A stretch of 64,000 nt of DNA from Pseudolabrys sp. (GCA_035650955.1 DASRGR010000028.1:7510-71509), one strand, 5' to 3'. Counted from the first letter of the stretch, positions 46,605 to 58,300 are shown. Numbers and translations: made by a program. Notes: generated by a model not told the origin, from the sequence alone.

Positions 46605-47420
46605 GTGTCGGACATCCTCGCCAAAATAGAGGCTTACAAGCGCGAGGAAGTCGCGGCCGCCAAGCGCATCCGCCCACTGTCCGCCCTTGAAAGGGATGCA
46701 AAGGCCGCGCCGGCCCCGCGCGGCTTCGTGCGCGCAATCGAAAGGCGGATTGCATCGGGTCATTACGCACTGATTGCAGAAATCAAGAAGGCGAGTCCTT
46801 CCAGGGGATTGATCCGCGCCGATTTTGACCCGCCCGCGCTCGCGAAATCGTATGAAACGGGCGGCGCGACCTGTCTTTCCGTGCTGACGGATGCGCCTTC
46901 GTTCCAGGGCCGGCCCGAATTTCTTGTCGCCGCCCGCAACGCCACCGCTTTGCCCGTCCTCCGCAAGGATTTCATCTACGAGCCTTACCAGGTTGCTGAG
47001 TCACGGGCATTGGGCGCCGACTGCATCCTGATTATCGTTGCCGCCGTGGACGATGCTGCCGCACGCGAGATCGAGGATGCGGCGTCCGCCTACGGCATGG
47101 ACGCGCTTGTTGAAGTTCACGATGAAGTGGAGCTGGCGCGAGCCCTCAAGTTGAAGTCGCGGCTGATCGGCATCAACAACCGGAATCTGCGGACATTCGA
47201 GACGTCGCTGGCCGTAAGCGAGCGCCTTGCGCCGAAAATCCCACGCGACCGCATCATCGTTGCAGAAAGCGGGCTCAATACGCCCGCCGATCTCGGACGG
47301 CTCGAGCGAATCGGCGTTTCGACCTTCCTGGTCGGTGAGAGCCTGATGCGCCAGCCCGATGTTGCGGCCGCCACTCGTGCCTTGCTCGCGCGGGAGCCGG
47401 GCCGCGCTGCCGCAGAGTAA
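46605..47420 (+). CDS. trpC: Indole-3-glycerol-phosphate synthase
   Basis: [38 protein letters not shown]; GTG start. Confidence 0.97.
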   Translation: MSDILAKIEAYKREEVAAAKRIRPLSALERDAKAAPAPRGFVRAIERRIASGHYALIAEIKKASPSRGLIRADFDPPALAKSYETGGATCLSVLTDAPSFQGRPEFLVAARNATALPVLRKDFIYEPYQVAESRALGADCILIIVAAVDDAAAREIEDAASAYGMDALVEVHDEVELARALKLKSRLIGINNRNLRTFETSLAVSERLAPKIPRDRIIVAESGLNTPADLGRLERIGVSTFLVGESLMRQPDVAAATRALLAREPGRAAAE

Positions 47421-47426
47421 ACGGCA

Positions 47427-48023
47427 ATGGCGGCACGCAAGAGGCCCGCCCGCAAAGCCAAAAAGCCCGGCCGTCGTCGGGCCAAGGCGAAGCGCAAAGG
47501 AAAACCAGGGCATCACGCCGGAGCGGCCGCTCCGGCCGGAAATGCGACCCCCCTCACCCATATCGATCAGCGGGGCGAGGCGCGCATGGTCGACGTAACT
47601 GAAAAGGGTGCAACAGAGCGTATCGCCATCGCTGAAGGTCGCGTCGTCATGCAGAAGCAAACGCTCGATGTTGTCCTTGAGGGCAACGCGATGAAGGGCG
47701 ACGTTCTGGGCGCTGCTCGCCTTGCCGGCATCATGGCCGCCAAGCGTACGCACGGCCTTATTCCGCTGTGCCATCCGCTGCCGTTGACGAAGGTGGAAGT
47801 CGACATCAACCCCGAGCATTCGCTGCCGGGATTTCTCGTTCAATCGACCGTCAAGGTGACCGCGAAAACCGGTGTCGAAATGGAAGCCTTGACGGCAGTG
47901 TCGATCGCGTGCCTGACGATCTACGACATGGTCAAGGCCATCGAACGCGGTGTACACATCGAGGGAATTCGACTGCTGCACAAGAGTGGCGGCAAGTCGG
48001 GTGAATGGAAGGCGGAGGCCTAG
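47427..48023 (+). CDS. moaC: Cyclic pyranopterin monophosphate synthase with a basic N-terminal extension
   Basis: LTHID...[28 protein letters not shown]. Confidence 0.95.
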   Translation: MAARKRPARKAKKPGRRRAKAKRKGKPGHHAGAAAPAGNATPLTHIDQRGEARMVDVTEKGATERIAIAEGRVVMQKQTLDVVLEGNAMKGDVLGAARLAGIMAAKRTHGLIPLCHPLPLTKVEVDINPEHSLPGFLVQSTVKVTAKTGVEMEALTAVSIACLTIYDMVKAIERGVHIEGIRLLHKSGGKSGEWKAEA

Positions 48024-48059
48024 GCGTATGTCACGCCTTTGCTGCAGTTCTGTCACGCC

Positions 48060-49268
48060 ATGGCGTTGATGCCGGTCGCCGACGCTCTTCGGATCGTGTT
48101 GTCCGAAGCGAGACCGCTGCCGGGCGAACCGGTGACGCTTGATGGCGCTGTCGGCCGCGTTCTCACTGAAGATGTCGCCGCGTTGCGTACACAACCGCCG
48201 GCCGCCGTATCCGCGATGGATGGCTATGCGGTGCGCGCGAGCGACGTGGCTACGGCGCCCGTCACCTTGAAACTGATCGGCGAGGTGGCTGCCGGGCACC
48301 CCTTCGAGGGCCAGGTCGGCCCAGGCGAGGCAGCCCGCATCTTCACCGGCGGGATGATGCCGCCGGGCAGCGATACCGTCGTAATTCAGGAGCTCGCGCA
48401 CCGCGGAAACAGCACGGTCACAATTCAAAAAGCGACCGCGAAGGGCCGCAATGTCCGTGATCGCGGCATCGACTTCGTCGAGGGCGAAATTCTGTTGCAC
48501 AAAGGACGACGACTGACGGACCGCGATGTGATGCTCGCCGCCGCCATGAATCATGCACGCGTCAACGTTCATCGCCGACCGAAAGTCGCAATTCTCGGGA
48601 CGGGCGATGAGCTGGTTTTGCCCGGGCAAACACCCGGACCCGGCGAGATCGTCTATTCCAACGGCTTTGCCCTCAGCGCCCTGGCGCGCAACGAAGGCGC
48701 CGAGGTGCGCGAACTCGGCATCGCGCGTGACCGCATCGAGGACATCGCGGGTGCGGTGCGCGAGGCGCGGCAATGGGGCGCGGACATCCTTGTCACATCG
48801 GGCGGCGCCTCGGTCGGCGAGCACGACCTCGTGCAGAGGGCGTTGGCAGCGGAAGGCCTCAGTCTCTCGTTCTGGCGCGTCGCGCTACGTCCAGGCAGGC
48901 CGATGCTGCATGGCCGTCTCGGGACGATGCAGGTGCTCGGGGTTCCCGGAAACCCGGTTTCGTCCTACGTCTGCGCGTTTCTGTTCCTGGTGCCCCTGCT
49001 GAGGAGGCTCGCCGGCCGCACGGACGTCGAGCCGCGGCCCGAACCTGCGCGCCTGGGCCGGGACGTTGCCGCCAATGACGGACGCGCAGACTATCTGCGG
49101 GCGACCCTGACGGCAGGCCCGGACGGTCTCGTGGCAACCCCTCTGCCGGCCCAGGACAGCTCGCTGATGGCCCCTCTCGCAAAGGCTGATTGCCTGCTGA
49201 TTCGGGAACCGAACGCAGCGGCCGCGCCGGCCGGTTCAGAGTGCGTCATCCTTAAGCTAGGGCTTTAG
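48060..49268 (+). CDS. moeA: Molybdopterin molybdotransferase
   Basis: SAMDGYA, IFTGG, TGDEL, TSGGASVG, PGNPVS, QDSS. Confidence 0.95.
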   Translation: MALMPVADALRIVLSEARPLPGEPVTLDGAVGRVLTEDVAALRTQPPAAVSAMDGYAVRASDVATAPVTLKLIGEVAAGHPFEGQVGPGEAARIFTGGMMPPGSDTVVIQELAHRGNSTVTIQKATAKGRNVRDRGIDFVEGEILLHKGRRLTDRDVMLAAAMNHARVNVHRRPKVAILGTGDELVLPGQTPGPGEIVYSNGFALSALARNEGAEVRELGIARDRIEDIAGAVREARQWGADILVTSGGASVGEHDLVQRALAAEGLSLSFWRVALRPGRPMLHGRLGTMQVLGVPGNPVSSYVCAFLFLVPLLRRLAGRTDVEPRPEPARLGRDVAANDGRADYLRATLTAGPDGLVATPLPAQDSSLMAPLAKADCLLIREPNAAAAPAGSECVILKLGL

Positions 49269-49296
49269 CAGCCTTTCGAGTTTTTCACTCCAAATT

Positions 49297-49348
49297 AAAC
49301 AGTTGCGGAACACATATCGAACAGATAGTGTCCGTTCATGATTTGTTT
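49297..49348. promoter_or_regulatory. LexA (SOS) operator array
   Basis: AAAC-N7-GAAC-N7-GAAC (49297-49322), then GTTC-N7-GTTT (49334-49348); alphaproteobacterial consensus GTTC-N7-GTTC. Confidence 0.85.
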
Positions 49349-49391
49349 CCGGCTTGGACCCTCTGATGGGCAGGCCCGAGGGGAGATACAG

Positions 49392-50093
49392 ATGCTGACC
49401 CGCAAGCAGTTTGAGCTCCTGCGTTTCATCCACGAGCGGCTTACCGAGACGGGCGTGCCCCCCTCTTTCGACGAAATGAAGGATGCCCTCGATCTGCGCT
49501 CGAAGTCCGGCATTCACCGGCTCATAACGGCTCTGGAGGAGCGTGGTTTCATTCGCAGGCTGCCGAACCGCGCACGGGCGATAGAGGTGATCAAGCTGCC
49601 GGATTCGGTCGGGCATGGCCTCGGATTGGCGCGCTCGCGCGGCTTCACGCCGAGCGTCATCGAAGGCGACCTTGGCCGAGTCCGCACCGCCTCCGAGGAC
49701 GATGGCGGACGCCCGGTTGCAGTACCGGTCATGGGCCGCATAGCGGCGGGCACCCCTATAGAAGCGATCCAGACGCGCAGCCATGTCATCAACATGCCGC
49801 CTGATCTTTTGTCGGCGGGCGAGCACTTCGCCCTTGAGGTGCGCGGCGACAGCATGATCGAAGCCGGTATTCTCGACGGCGACATTGCGCTGATCCGTAA
49901 GTCCGAGGCTGCCGATACCGGCGATATCGTGGTCGCGCTCATCGACGACGAGGAAGCGACGCTAAAGCGTTTTCGCCGCCGTGGGGCCTCGATTGCGCTC
50001 GAACCTGCCAATACCGCCTATGAGGTTCGCATCCTGCCCCCGAACCGGGTGCGTATTCAGGGCAAGCTCGTGGGGCTTTTCCGCCGCTACTGA
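49392..50093 (+). CDS. lexA: SOS repressor LexA
   Basis: [27 protein letters not shown] (Ala-Gly cleavage), GDSM, ATLK. Confidence 0.98.
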   Translation: MLTRKQFELLRFIHERLTETGVPPSFDEMKDALDLRSKSGIHRLITALEERGFIRRLPNRARAIEVIKLPDSVGHGLGLARSRGFTPSVIEGDLGRVRTASEDDGGRPVAVPVMGRIAAGTPIEAIQTRSHVINMPPDLLSAGEHFALEVRGDSMIEAGILDGDIALIRKSEAADTGDIVVALIDDEEATLKRFRRRGASIALEPANTAYEVRILPPNRVRIQGKLVGLFRRY

Positions 50094-50116
50094 TCGTCGG
50101 GAGCCAGATCACCGGG

Positions 50117-52366
50117 CTACGGTTCGGCGTTGCGCAAGCCGGATTCCCGTCCTGTGTTGCGATGAGCCGGCGCGGCGCGCGGGCGATGTGTCCATGGCCG
50201 GTCGTAGCCTGGCGGCAGCGTCACGGCCTCCACGAAATCATCACCAGCCGCGCGCAGGGCGATCGCGCCCTGCGATTGCAGGACATCGCGGTCGATCAAC
50301 CTTGCCCGGCAAGATGCCGGTGCCTGGCGATCCGAGAGTACGATCGCAGCCCGCACACAGTCCTCGGCGTACGCTTCAGCGCTTCGTGCCAGCGCGATCA
50401 GGCGACCGTCGGCGAGCCTGCCGATACACCCAACGGCATCGCAGGTGACGCCGTTGCCAAGACTTGAGTCCTGGGGGACGCGCGCGTCGGCGTCGGCGGC
50501 AAGCCATTCTTTGACCGCGAAAGCGTCGCGGCCGCCGCGCAAAATCGCCAGCCTGCCATCGCTGCCGCGGAAGGCCGCCGTCTGCCCATCACCCGCGATC
50601 AGCACATCCGGCTGCGGGACGCGCAATGCCCACACGACCGCCACCGTCGCTACGGCTGCACCGGCCCAACGCAGCGGTGTCCGCAACAAGCAAATGAGCA
50701 GCAATCCGACCGTTCCGAAAAGCAGAGGCCCGGTGCCGAACGCTGCAATCCGTCCGACGGCGCCGGGCAGAGACGCCACCCATCCAGCCACTGCGGTCAT
50801 CCAGTCGATTCCCTGCCCCATCAATTGCCAGAAACCGGCGTCGAAGCCGAACGGCATGCTCACGACACCCAAAATGCCCATCGGCATGACGACGACCGAA
50901 ACGACCGGCATGGCGAAAAGGTTTGCAAGCACGCCGTAAGGCGCCAGCCTGTGGAAGTGGTAGGCGGCGTAGGGCGTCGTTGCGAGGCCTGCCACCAGCG
51001 AAGCCAGGACCAGGCTTGTCACCTCGCGCGCACCCCATAGTGCCGCGCGTCTGCCGGGCGACGTATCCCGGTCGGGCGTCCATGGCAGCCCGTGCTGATA
51101 GGCAGCGATCAGCGCAAGTGTCGCCGCAAACGACATTTGGAAACTCGGGTGCACGACGGCCTGTGGTGCGACCAGCAGAACCGCAATCGCCGCCACCGAA
51201 AGCGTGCGGAATGTCAGTGTGGGGCGATCAATCATGACGCCGGCCAGCACGATCGCGATCATGATATACGAGCGCTGGGTTGCTACTTCCGCGCCCGACA
51301 GCAGCAAGTAGAAGGTTGCGGCAAGCAACGCACCCACGGCCGCCCATTTCTTGATCGGACGGCGGTAGGCAAGTGGCGGAATGAGCGCCAACGTTGCACG
51401 GATAATGAAGAAGACGATGCCGGCGACCACCACCATATGGTAACCGGAAATCGACAGAATATGCCCGAGACTCGAGACGTACATTGCCTCGTTGACCTGT
51501 GCCGAGATCGCGTCGCGCTTGCCCGTGATCAAGGCGGACGCGATTGAGCCTTTGTCGCCGGGCAACACCGCGCGAATTCGATCGTCGATGGTTTCGCGCA
51601 TCGACTCGATGATGCTCGCATATCGCAGCCAAAAGCCGCCGCCGGCCGGAGCGGTCTTTATCTTGATCGCACCGAGCGCATAGCCGGAGGCGCCGATCTT
51701 CTGGAAATACATGTCGCGGGCAAAATCGTAGCCGCCGGGGCGAAGCGGCTGCATCGGCGGCGACAGATGCGCCTTGAGCTCGACAAAGCTGCCGACGGCG
51801 GGAGCCGAACCTCTGCGTACGGCGACGCGCACACGCTCGGGGGCGGGCGAAACATCCGCCGCATCAAAACGCTCTACGCGTATGACAATACGGTCGCTGC
51901 GCTCGCGTTCCTCGCGGATCTCGACAAACCCCGCGACCGTGACGGTCGAAACCGGCTTCCCCAGGATCGGATGCGCGACACGGATCGTCTGCAACGTGGC
52001 GACGGCAAAGCCCGCCACCACTGCGGCGGCGGCGACCGCAAGCGGGAAGCCGAACGGGCGTCGTCGTATCAGGAATGCCGCCGCAAGCGTGCTCACCGAC
52101 AACAGTACGACCGCCCAGGCCGATGGCTCCCTTTCGGCAGAAAAATAGCCGGCAATGCCGGCGCCGAACCCGACCGGGACCCACGGTATCAGGCGGCCGG
52201 GTGCAACCTCCGCCAACAGCCACTGCGCAGCCAGTCCGCGCAGCCGTCCTGCGAGGCCGACAAACCCCTCTGGCAGGTAGAGACCGGCAGGACCCGCGGC
52301 ACCAGCGGGTGCCCAGGCCTTCGCACCGCTTTGGGGCTTTCCGAATGGCTGACTTCGCCGGGCCAA
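50117..52366 (-). CDS. comEC: ComEC/Rec2-family competence membrane protein
   Basis: PGGYDFAR, GHILSISGYHM, GAEVATQRS, SFQMSFAA; no MBL domain seen. Confidence 0.9.
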   Translation of the reverse strand: MARRSQPFGKPQSGAKAWAPAGAAGPAGLYLPEGFVGLAGRLRGLAAQWLLAEVAPGRLIPWVPVGFGAGIAGYFSAEREPSAWAVVLLSVSTLAAAFLIRRRPFGFPLAVAAAAVVAGFAVATLQTIRVAHPILGKPVSTVTVAGFVEIREERERSDRIVIRVERFDAADVSPAPERVRVAVRRGSAPAVGSFVELKAHLSPPMQPLRPGGYDFARDMYFQKIGASGYALGAIKIKTAPAGGGFWLRYASIIESMRETIDDRIRAVLPGDKGSIASALITGKRDAISAQVNEAMYVSSLGHILSISGYHMVVVAGIVFFIIRATLALIPPLAYRRPIKKWAAVGALLAATFYLLLSGAEVATQRSYIMIAIVLAGVMIDRPTLTFRTLSVAAIAVLLVAPQAVVHPSFQMSFAATLALIAAYQHGLPWTPDRDTSPGRRAALWGAREVTSLVLASLVAGLATTPYAAYHFHRLAPYGVLANLFAMPVVSVVVMPMGILGVVSMPFGFDAGFWQLMGQGIDWMTAVAGWVASLPGAVGRIAAFGTGPLLFGTVGLLLICLLRTPLRWAGAAVATVAVVWALRVPQPDVLIAGDGQTAAFRGSDGRLAILRGGRDAFAVKEWLAADADARVPQDSSLGNGVTCDAVGCIGRLADGRLIALARSAEAYAEDCVRAAIVLSDRQAPASCRARLIDRDVLQSQGAIALRAAGDDFVEAVTLPPGYDRPWTHRPRAAPAHRNTGRESGLRNAEP

Positions 52367-52518
52367 TGCGCGACGCGCCTCCCCGACGCCAGCGCCACAC
52401 GTTTGTTGATATTATTGCTGAATACCCAGACCATCGCGTCGGACAAACGTCGGATGTGGGTTACGTTCGGCGCTGCCGGCTCCACCGAGCGTCCCGGCGC
52501 GGCGGAGCCATTCAAGAG

Positions 52519-54222
52519 TCACTTCGTGGTGGCGACTTCCTTGGCGTAGGTATCGCGCAATCCCACCGTACGATTGAACACTGGTCGTCCCGGTTGCGAA
52601 TCCGGATCAAGGCAGAAATACCCCTGCCGCTCGAACTGGACGGGCTCCGGCGTCGTCTGTTCGATCAAAGCCGGTTCGACGCGCGCGTTCGGCAACACTT
52701 CGAGCGAGTTCGGGTTGAGGTCGGCCGTGAAATTTCCGCCGCCTTTCGGATCGGGCCGTGAAAAGAGCGGACTGTAAAGTCTGACCTCGGCCGGCAGGGC
52801 GTGCGCCGCGGAAACCCAGTGAATGGTTGCCTTGACTTTTCGACCGTCGGGCGCGTTTCCGCCGCGCGTCTGCGGATCGTAAGTGCAACGCAGTTCCGTG
52901 ATCTCGCCACGCGCATTCTTCACGACCGTCCGGCAGGTGATGAAATACGCGTAGCGAAGCCTGACTTCGGTGCCGGGAGAAAGCCGGAAGAATTTCTTCG
53001 GCGGGTTCTCCATGAAGTCGTCCTGCTCGATGAACAGCTCCCGGCCGAACTTTATTTTACGTGTTCCGGCATTCGGGTTGTCCGGATGGTTGGACGCTTC
53101 CAGCTCTTCCACCTTGCCCTCGGGATAGTTCTCGATGACCACCTTGAGCGGCCTCAGGACTGCCATGCGCCGCAGCGCGCTCCTGTTGAGGACCTCACGC
53201 ACCGAAAAATCGAATATGCCCATGTCGACGATGCTGTTTGCCTTTGCGACCCCTATGCGCTTGACGAAGTCGCGGATTGCCTGGGGTGGCACGCCGCGGC
53301 GGCGCAGGCCGGCAAGCGTCGGCATCCGCGGGTCGTCCCATCCTTTGACATGACCGTCGCGCACCAACTGGGTCAGCACGCGCTTCGAAAGCACGGTGTG
53401 TGTCAGGTTGAGGCGGGCAAATTCGTATTGATGCGGCCGAGAGGGCACGTTGAGGTTCGCAATAAACCAGTCGTACAGCGGCCGGTGGTCTTCGAACTCC
53501 AGCGTGCAGATGGAGTGCGTCACGTGCTCTATCGCATCCGACTGACCGTGCGCGAAGTCGTAGCTGGGATAGATTTTCCACGTCGTGCCCGTGCGCGGAT
53601 GTGGTGCATGAAGAATACGATAGAGCACCGGATCACGCAGATTGATGTTCCCCGACGCCATATCGATCTTGGCCCGCAGGACACGGGCCCCGTTCGGAAA
53701 CTCACCGGCGCGCATGCGGCGAAACAGGTCGAGGTTTTCGTCAATGCTGCGATCACGGAACGGGCTGTTTTTCCCCGGTTCGGTCAGGGTTCCCCGGTTG
53801 ACGCGCATCTGCTCGGGGGTCTGGTCGTCGACGTAGGCCTTGCCGGCCCGGATAAGATCCTCAGCCCAGCCGTACAGCTGCTCGAAATAGTCGGACGCGT
53901 GATAGAGGTGCGTGCCCCAATCGAACCCCAGCCAGCGCACGTCATGTTCGATTGCGTCAATATACTCCTGTTCCTCTTTTGCCGGGTTCGTGTCGTCAAA
54001 CCGCAGGTGGCAGCGCCCGCCGAATTCCTCGGCAATGCCGAAATTCAGACAGATCGATTTGGCATGCCCGATGTGGAGATAGCCGTTCGGCTCGGGAGGG
54101 AAGCGCGTGACGACCTGGCTGACCCGACCAGCCTCAAGATCGCCCTTAACGATGTCGCGAATGAAGTCGAGGCCGGCGTCGGACGTGCCGCTGTCGCCTC
54201 TTGCATTTACATCCGTTGCCAT
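52519..54222 (-). CDS. glnS: Glutaminyl-tRNA synthetase
   Basis: [55 protein letters not shown]. Confidence 0.95.
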   Translation of the reverse strand: MATDVNARGDSGTSDAGLDFIRDIVKGDLEAGRVSQVVTRFPPEPNGYLHIGHAKSICLNFGIAEEFGGRCHLRFDDTNPAKEEQEYIDAIEHDVRWLGFDWGTHLYHASDYFEQLYGWAEDLIRAGKAYVDDQTPEQMRVNRGTLTEPGKNSPFRDRSIDENLDLFRRMRAGEFPNGARVLRAKIDMASGNINLRDPVLYRILHAPHPRTGTTWKIYPSYDFAHGQSDAIEHVTHSICTLEFEDHRPLYDWFIANLNVPSRPHQYEFARLNLTHTVLSKRVLTQLVRDGHVKGWDDPRMPTLAGLRRRGVPPQAIRDFVKRIGVAKANSIVDMGIFDFSVREVLNRSALRRMAVLRPLKVVIENYPEGKVEELEASNHPDNPNAGTRKIKFGRELFIEQDDFMENPPKKFFRLSPGTEVRLRYAYFITCRTVVKNARGEITELRCTYDPQTRGGNAPDGRKVKATIHWVSAAHALPAEVRLYSPLFSRPDPKGGGNFTADLNPNSLEVLPNARVEPALIEQTTPEPVQFERQGYFCLDPDSQPGRPVFNRTVGLRDTYAKEVATTK

Positions 54223-54330
54223 GCTTCCTCAAATATCATGACCGCTATCCCATGGCCCGTATGACGTGGCGTTCGCCTTGATGTCAATCGCGCTGACATT
54301 CGTCCCGTCAGTTGTGGTACACGGCTCGCG

Positions 54331-55755
54331 ATGAGCGAGCCCGTCGTCACCCGTTTTGCCCCCTCGCCCACCGGTTTTCTGCATATCGGTGGCGCCCGGA
54401 CTGCCTTGTTCAACTGGCTGTATGCCCGCCGGCATGGCGGCAAGATGCTGCTGCGGATCGAAGACACCGACCGCGAGCGGTCGACCGCCGCGGCCATAAA
54501 CGCCATCATCGACGGCCTGACCTGGCTTGGCCTCAATTGGGACGGCGAAATTATCTTTCAGTTCTCTCGCGCGGCCCGGCATCGTCAGGTGGCGGAGCAG
54601 ATGCTTGCCGCCGGCCATGCCTATCGCTGCTATTGCAGCCAGGAAGAACTCACGGCGATGCGCGAGAAAGCGCGCGCCGAGGGGCGCACCCGCCTCTATG
54701 ACGGCCGTTGCCGTGATCGCGATCCAAAAGACGTGCCGTCGGGAATCAATCCGGTTATCCGTCTTAAGGCGCCGCTGACCGGAGAAACGTCTGTCGACGA
54801 CCAGGTGCAGGGCCGCGTCGTGTGGCAGAACGAGAACCTCGACGACTTCATCCTGCTGCGCTCGGACGGCACACCGACCTATATGCTCGCGGTCGTAGTC
54901 GACGACCACGACATGGGGGTGACCCACATCATCCGTGGCGACGACCACCTCAACAATGCCGCGCGGCAGACGCAGATCTACCAGGCCCTGGGCTGGAAAG
55001 TTCCAGCCATGGCCCATATTCCGCTCATTCACGGGCCTGACGGCTCGAAACTGTCCAAGCGGCACGGCGCCCTTGGGGTCGATGCCTACCGCGCCATGGG
55101 ATACTTGCCGGCGGCAATGAGAAACTATCTCGTGCGGCTCGGCTGGGCGCATGGCGACCAGGAGATTTTTACGACAGAGGAGATGGTCGCAGCGTTCGAC
55201 CTGCCGCAGATCGGCCGTTCCCCCGCGCGTTTCGATTTCACGAAGCTCGAAAGTCTCAACGGTCACTATATCAGAGCGACCGAAGACGCAGCCCTCATGG
55301 CCGCGCTTGAGCAACTGCTTCCGCATATCGCCGGCGGGCAGGAACTCGCCAGCAAGATGACGCCTGCGCTTCGCGCGAAATTCCTGGCCGCCATGCCGGC
55401 AATGAAGGAGCGTGCCAAGACTTTGGTCGAATTGTTCGACGCATCCCGATTCCTTTGGGCCAACCGGCCGATCGACATCAATGATCAGGCAAAGGCCGTG
55501 CTGACTGACGAAGCGAAAACGCTGATTGCCGCACTTCTCCCCGAGCTGGAAGCAGTTCCCGAGTGGAGCGCCAGCGCGGCCGAGGCCGTTGTGCGGCCCT
55601 ATGCCGAGCGTGCGGGACTCAAGCTCGGTGCAATCGCTCAGCCGCTGCGGGCAGCGCTTACCGGCCGCACGACATCCCCGCCGATCTTTGACGTCCTGGC
55701 CGTCCTCGGCCGCGACGAGAGCCTGGCGCGGTTGCGCGATCAGGCCGCGTCATAG
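54331..55755 (+). CDS. gltX: Glutamyl-tRNA synthetase
   Basis: [32 protein letters not shown]. Confidence 0.97.
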   Translation: MSEPVVTRFAPSPTGFLHIGGARTALFNWLYARRHGGKMLLRIEDTDRERSTAAAINAIIDGLTWLGLNWDGEIIFQFSRAARHRQVAEQMLAAGHAYRCYCSQEELTAMREKARAEGRTRLYDGRCRDRDPKDVPSGINPVIRLKAPLTGETSVDDQVQGRVVWQNENLDDFILLRSDGTPTYMLAVVVDDHDMGVTHIIRGDDHLNNAARQTQIYQALGWKVPAMAHIPLIHGPDGSKLSKRHGALGVDAYRAMGYLPAAMRNYLVRLGWAHGDQEIFTTEEMVAAFDLPQIGRSPARFDFTKLESLNGHYIRATEDAALMAALEQLLPHIAGGQELASKMTPALRAKFLAAMPAMKERAKTLVELFDASRFLWANRPIDINDQAKAVLTDEAKTLIAALLPELEAVPEWSASAAEAVVRPYAERAGLKLGAIAQPLRAALTGRTTSPPIFDVLAVLGRDESLARLRDQAAS

Positions 55756-55884
55756 GCTTTTCATACCGCGCAAAGGCGGCAGAAGAGCCCATATGACAGC
55801 TGAGACGGCCTACATTGGGCTATCTTGCGGTGCACACTTGGATGGGATACCCACACAGCTCGACGCCAATTCGAGGGCTCGACC

Positions 55885-57195
55885 ATGGATGCCAAGACCA
55901 GCGCCAAGAACAAGACCGGCACTCTGACGGTCGGCAACAACAATTGGGATTTGCCGATATTACCGGGCACGATCGGTCCCGACGTGGTCGACATCTCCAA
56001 GTTATACGCCCAGAGCGGGATGTTCACCTACGACCCCGGCTTCACGTCGACGGCGAGTTGCGAATCCAAGATTACCTATATCGACGGCGACGAGGGCATC
56101 CTGCTCTATCGCGGCTACCCGATCGAACAGCTCGCCGAGCACGGGGATTTCCTGGAGACCTGCTATCTTCTGCTCTACGGCGAACTTCCGACCGCCGCTC
56201 AGAAAGCCGACTTCGACTATCGCGTCAGCCGTCACACGATGGTGCATGAGCAGATGAGTCGTTTCTTTCAGGGGTTCCGCCGCGACGCGCATCCCATGGC
56301 AGTGATGACCGGCTGCGTCGGCGCGCTTTCCGCATTCTATCACGACTCAACCGACATTTCCGATCCGCATCAGCGGATGGTGGCGTCGGTGCGGATGATC
56401 GCCAAGGTCCCGACACTGGCTGCCATGGCGTACAAGTATTCGATCGGCCAGCCATTCGTCTACCCGAAGAACGATCTCGACTACGCGTCGAACTTCCTGC
56501 GCATGTGCTTTGCCGTTCCGACCGAGGACTACAAGGCCAACCCGGTGCTCGCACGCGCCATGGACCGCATCTTCATCCTGCACGCCGACCACGAGCAGAA
56601 CGCATCCACCTCGACCGTGCGTCTCGCCGGTTCATCCGGTGCCAATCCGTTTGCCTGTATCGCCGCCGGCTGCGCCTGCCTCTGGGGCCCCGCGCACGGC
56701 GGCGCCAACGAGGCTGCGCTCAACATGCTGAGCGAGATCGGCACCGTCGACCGTATTCCGGAATACGTCAAGCGCGCGAAGGACAAGAACGATCCCTATC
56801 GCCTCATGGGCTTCGGACATCGCGTTTACAAGAACTATGATCCGCGCGCCAAGATCATGCAGAAGACCTGTCACGAGGTCCTGACCGAACTCGGCATCAA
56901 GGACGACCCGCTGCTCGACGTCGCGATGGAGCTGGAAAAGGTCGCCCTGCACGACGACTATTTCATCGAGAAGAAGCTTTATCCCAATATCGATTTCTAT
57001 TCGGGCATTACGCTGAAAGCGATGGGTTTCCCGACCACAATGTTTACGGTGCTGTTTGCGGTCGCCCGCACCGTCGGCTGGATCGCGCAGTGGAAGGAAA
57101 TGATCGAGGACCCGAAGCAGAAGATCGGCCGTCCGCGCCAGCTGTACACGGGCGCCGCGCGCCGCGACTACACCCCGATCTCCCGGCGCAAGTAG
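55885..57195 (+). CDS. gltA: Type II citrate synthase
   Basis: [47 protein letters not shown]. Confidence 0.98.
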   Translation: MDAKTSAKNKTGTLTVGNNNWDLPILPGTIGPDVVDISKLYAQSGMFTYDPGFTSTASCESKITYIDGDEGILLYRGYPIEQLAEHGDFLETCYLLLYGELPTAAQKADFDYRVSRHTMVHEQMSRFFQGFRRDAHPMAVMTGCVGALSAFYHDSTDISDPHQRMVASVRMIAKVPTLAAMAYKYSIGQPFVYPKNDLDYASNFLRMCFAVPTEDYKANPVLARAMDRIFILHADHEQNASTSTVRLAGSSGANPFACIAAGCACLWGPAHGGANEAALNMLSEIGTVDRIPEYVKRAKDKNDPYRLMGFGHRVYKNYDPRAKIMQKTCHEVLTELGIKDDPLLDVAMELEKVALHDDYFIEKKLYPNIDFYSGITLKAMGFPTTMFTVLFAVARTVGWIAQWKEMIEDPKQKIGRPRQLYTGAARRDYTPISRRK

Positions 57196-57201
57196 TTTCC
57201 G

Positions 57202-58245
57202 CTAGCTCGCCTTGCCGTTGCCTCTGCCGTTGAGCTTTGGTGCCGTCGCACCATCGTAGGCCCATTGCACATACACGCCGGCCCAGGTGAATCCGCCGCC
57301 GAAAGCGGCGAGCACCATCCGGTCGCCGCGCTTCAGTTTCGGCTCGTAATCCCAGAGGCAGAGCGGGATCGTGGCATTCGTGGTGTTGCCGTATTTGTGG
57401 ATCGTGACCATCACTTTGTCCATCGGCAAGCCCATGCGTTCGGCCGTCGACTCGATGATCCGCTTGTTGGCCTGATGCGGCACCAGCCAGTCGATCATGT
57501 CGGATCGCAGATTGTTGCGCGACATGATCGCGCCGGCGACTTCAGCCATTTTGGCGATGGCGAACTTGTAGACAGCGGCGCCTTCCTGGTGGACGTAATG
57601 CAGCCGTTTGGCGACAGTCTCGGTCGTCGCCGGCATGCGGCTGCCGCCAGCCTTCTGATGCAGATGGATCATCCCCGATCCATCCGAATGGATCAGCGCA
57701 TCCATGATGCCGAAGCCGTTTGTATCGGGCTCAAGCAGCACCGCGCCGGCGGCGTCACCGAACAGCACGCACGTGGCGCGATCCGTGTAGTCGATGATCG
57801 ACGACATTTTGTCCGCGCCGACGACCACAACCTTTCGCACGGCGCCGGTCGCGATAAACTGCGCGGCAATCGTCAGTGAATAGAGAAAGCCCGAACACGC
57901 GGCCTGCACGTCGAAGCTGCCGATGTTGCGCATGCCGACCATGTCGCAGATCATGTTGGCCGTCGACGGGAACTGCATGTCCGGCGTTGTCGTCGCACAA
58001 ATAAGAAGGTCGACGTCTTCGGCCTTGGTTCCGGTTTTCTGCAGCAATCCGCGCACGGCCTCGGCCGCCATGTGCGAGGTCCCCAGCCCCTCGCCTTTCA
58101 GAATATGCCGCTCCTTGATGCCGGTCCGTTCGGTGATCCACGCGTCGCTCGTATCGACCATGCGCGCCAACTCCGCGTTGGTCAGCAGATCCGGCGGCAG
58201 GTAACCGTGGACGGCAGTGATCGATGCGCGGGGTGGAGGGGTCAA
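57202..58245 (-). CDS. fabH: 3-oxoacyl-ACP synthase III (FCB-like variant)
   Basis: AACSGF (Cys), PHQAN (His), YGNTT (Asn), FGGGFTW; TTG start chosen. Confidence 0.92.
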   Translation of the reverse strand: MTPPPRASITAVHGYLPPDLLTNAELARMVDTSDAWITERTGIKERHILKGEGLGTSHMAAEAVRGLLQKTGTKAEDVDLLICATTTPDMQFPSTANMICDMVGMRNIGSFDVQAACSGFLYSLTIAAQFIATGAVRKVVVVGADKMSSIIDYTDRATCVLFGDAAGAVLLEPDTNGFGIMDALIHSDGSGMIHLHQKAGGSRMPATTETVAKRLHYVHQEGAAVYKFAIAKMAEVAGAIMSRNNLRSDMIDWLVPHQANKRIIESTAERMGLPMDKVMVTIHKYGNTTNATIPLCLWDYEPKLKRGDRMVLAAFGGGFTWAGVYVQWAYDGATAPKLNGRGNGKAS

Positions 58246-58300
58246 AGGCCGGGTTCCGGTTTGTCGTAATGGAATACGCCCAACCGGGTAACACGGCAAG

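Noticed and set aside
52478-52509. GGCTCC...GGAGCC hairpin after glnS
   Set aside because: Imperfect, no U tract, no second copy seen; at most a weak terminator
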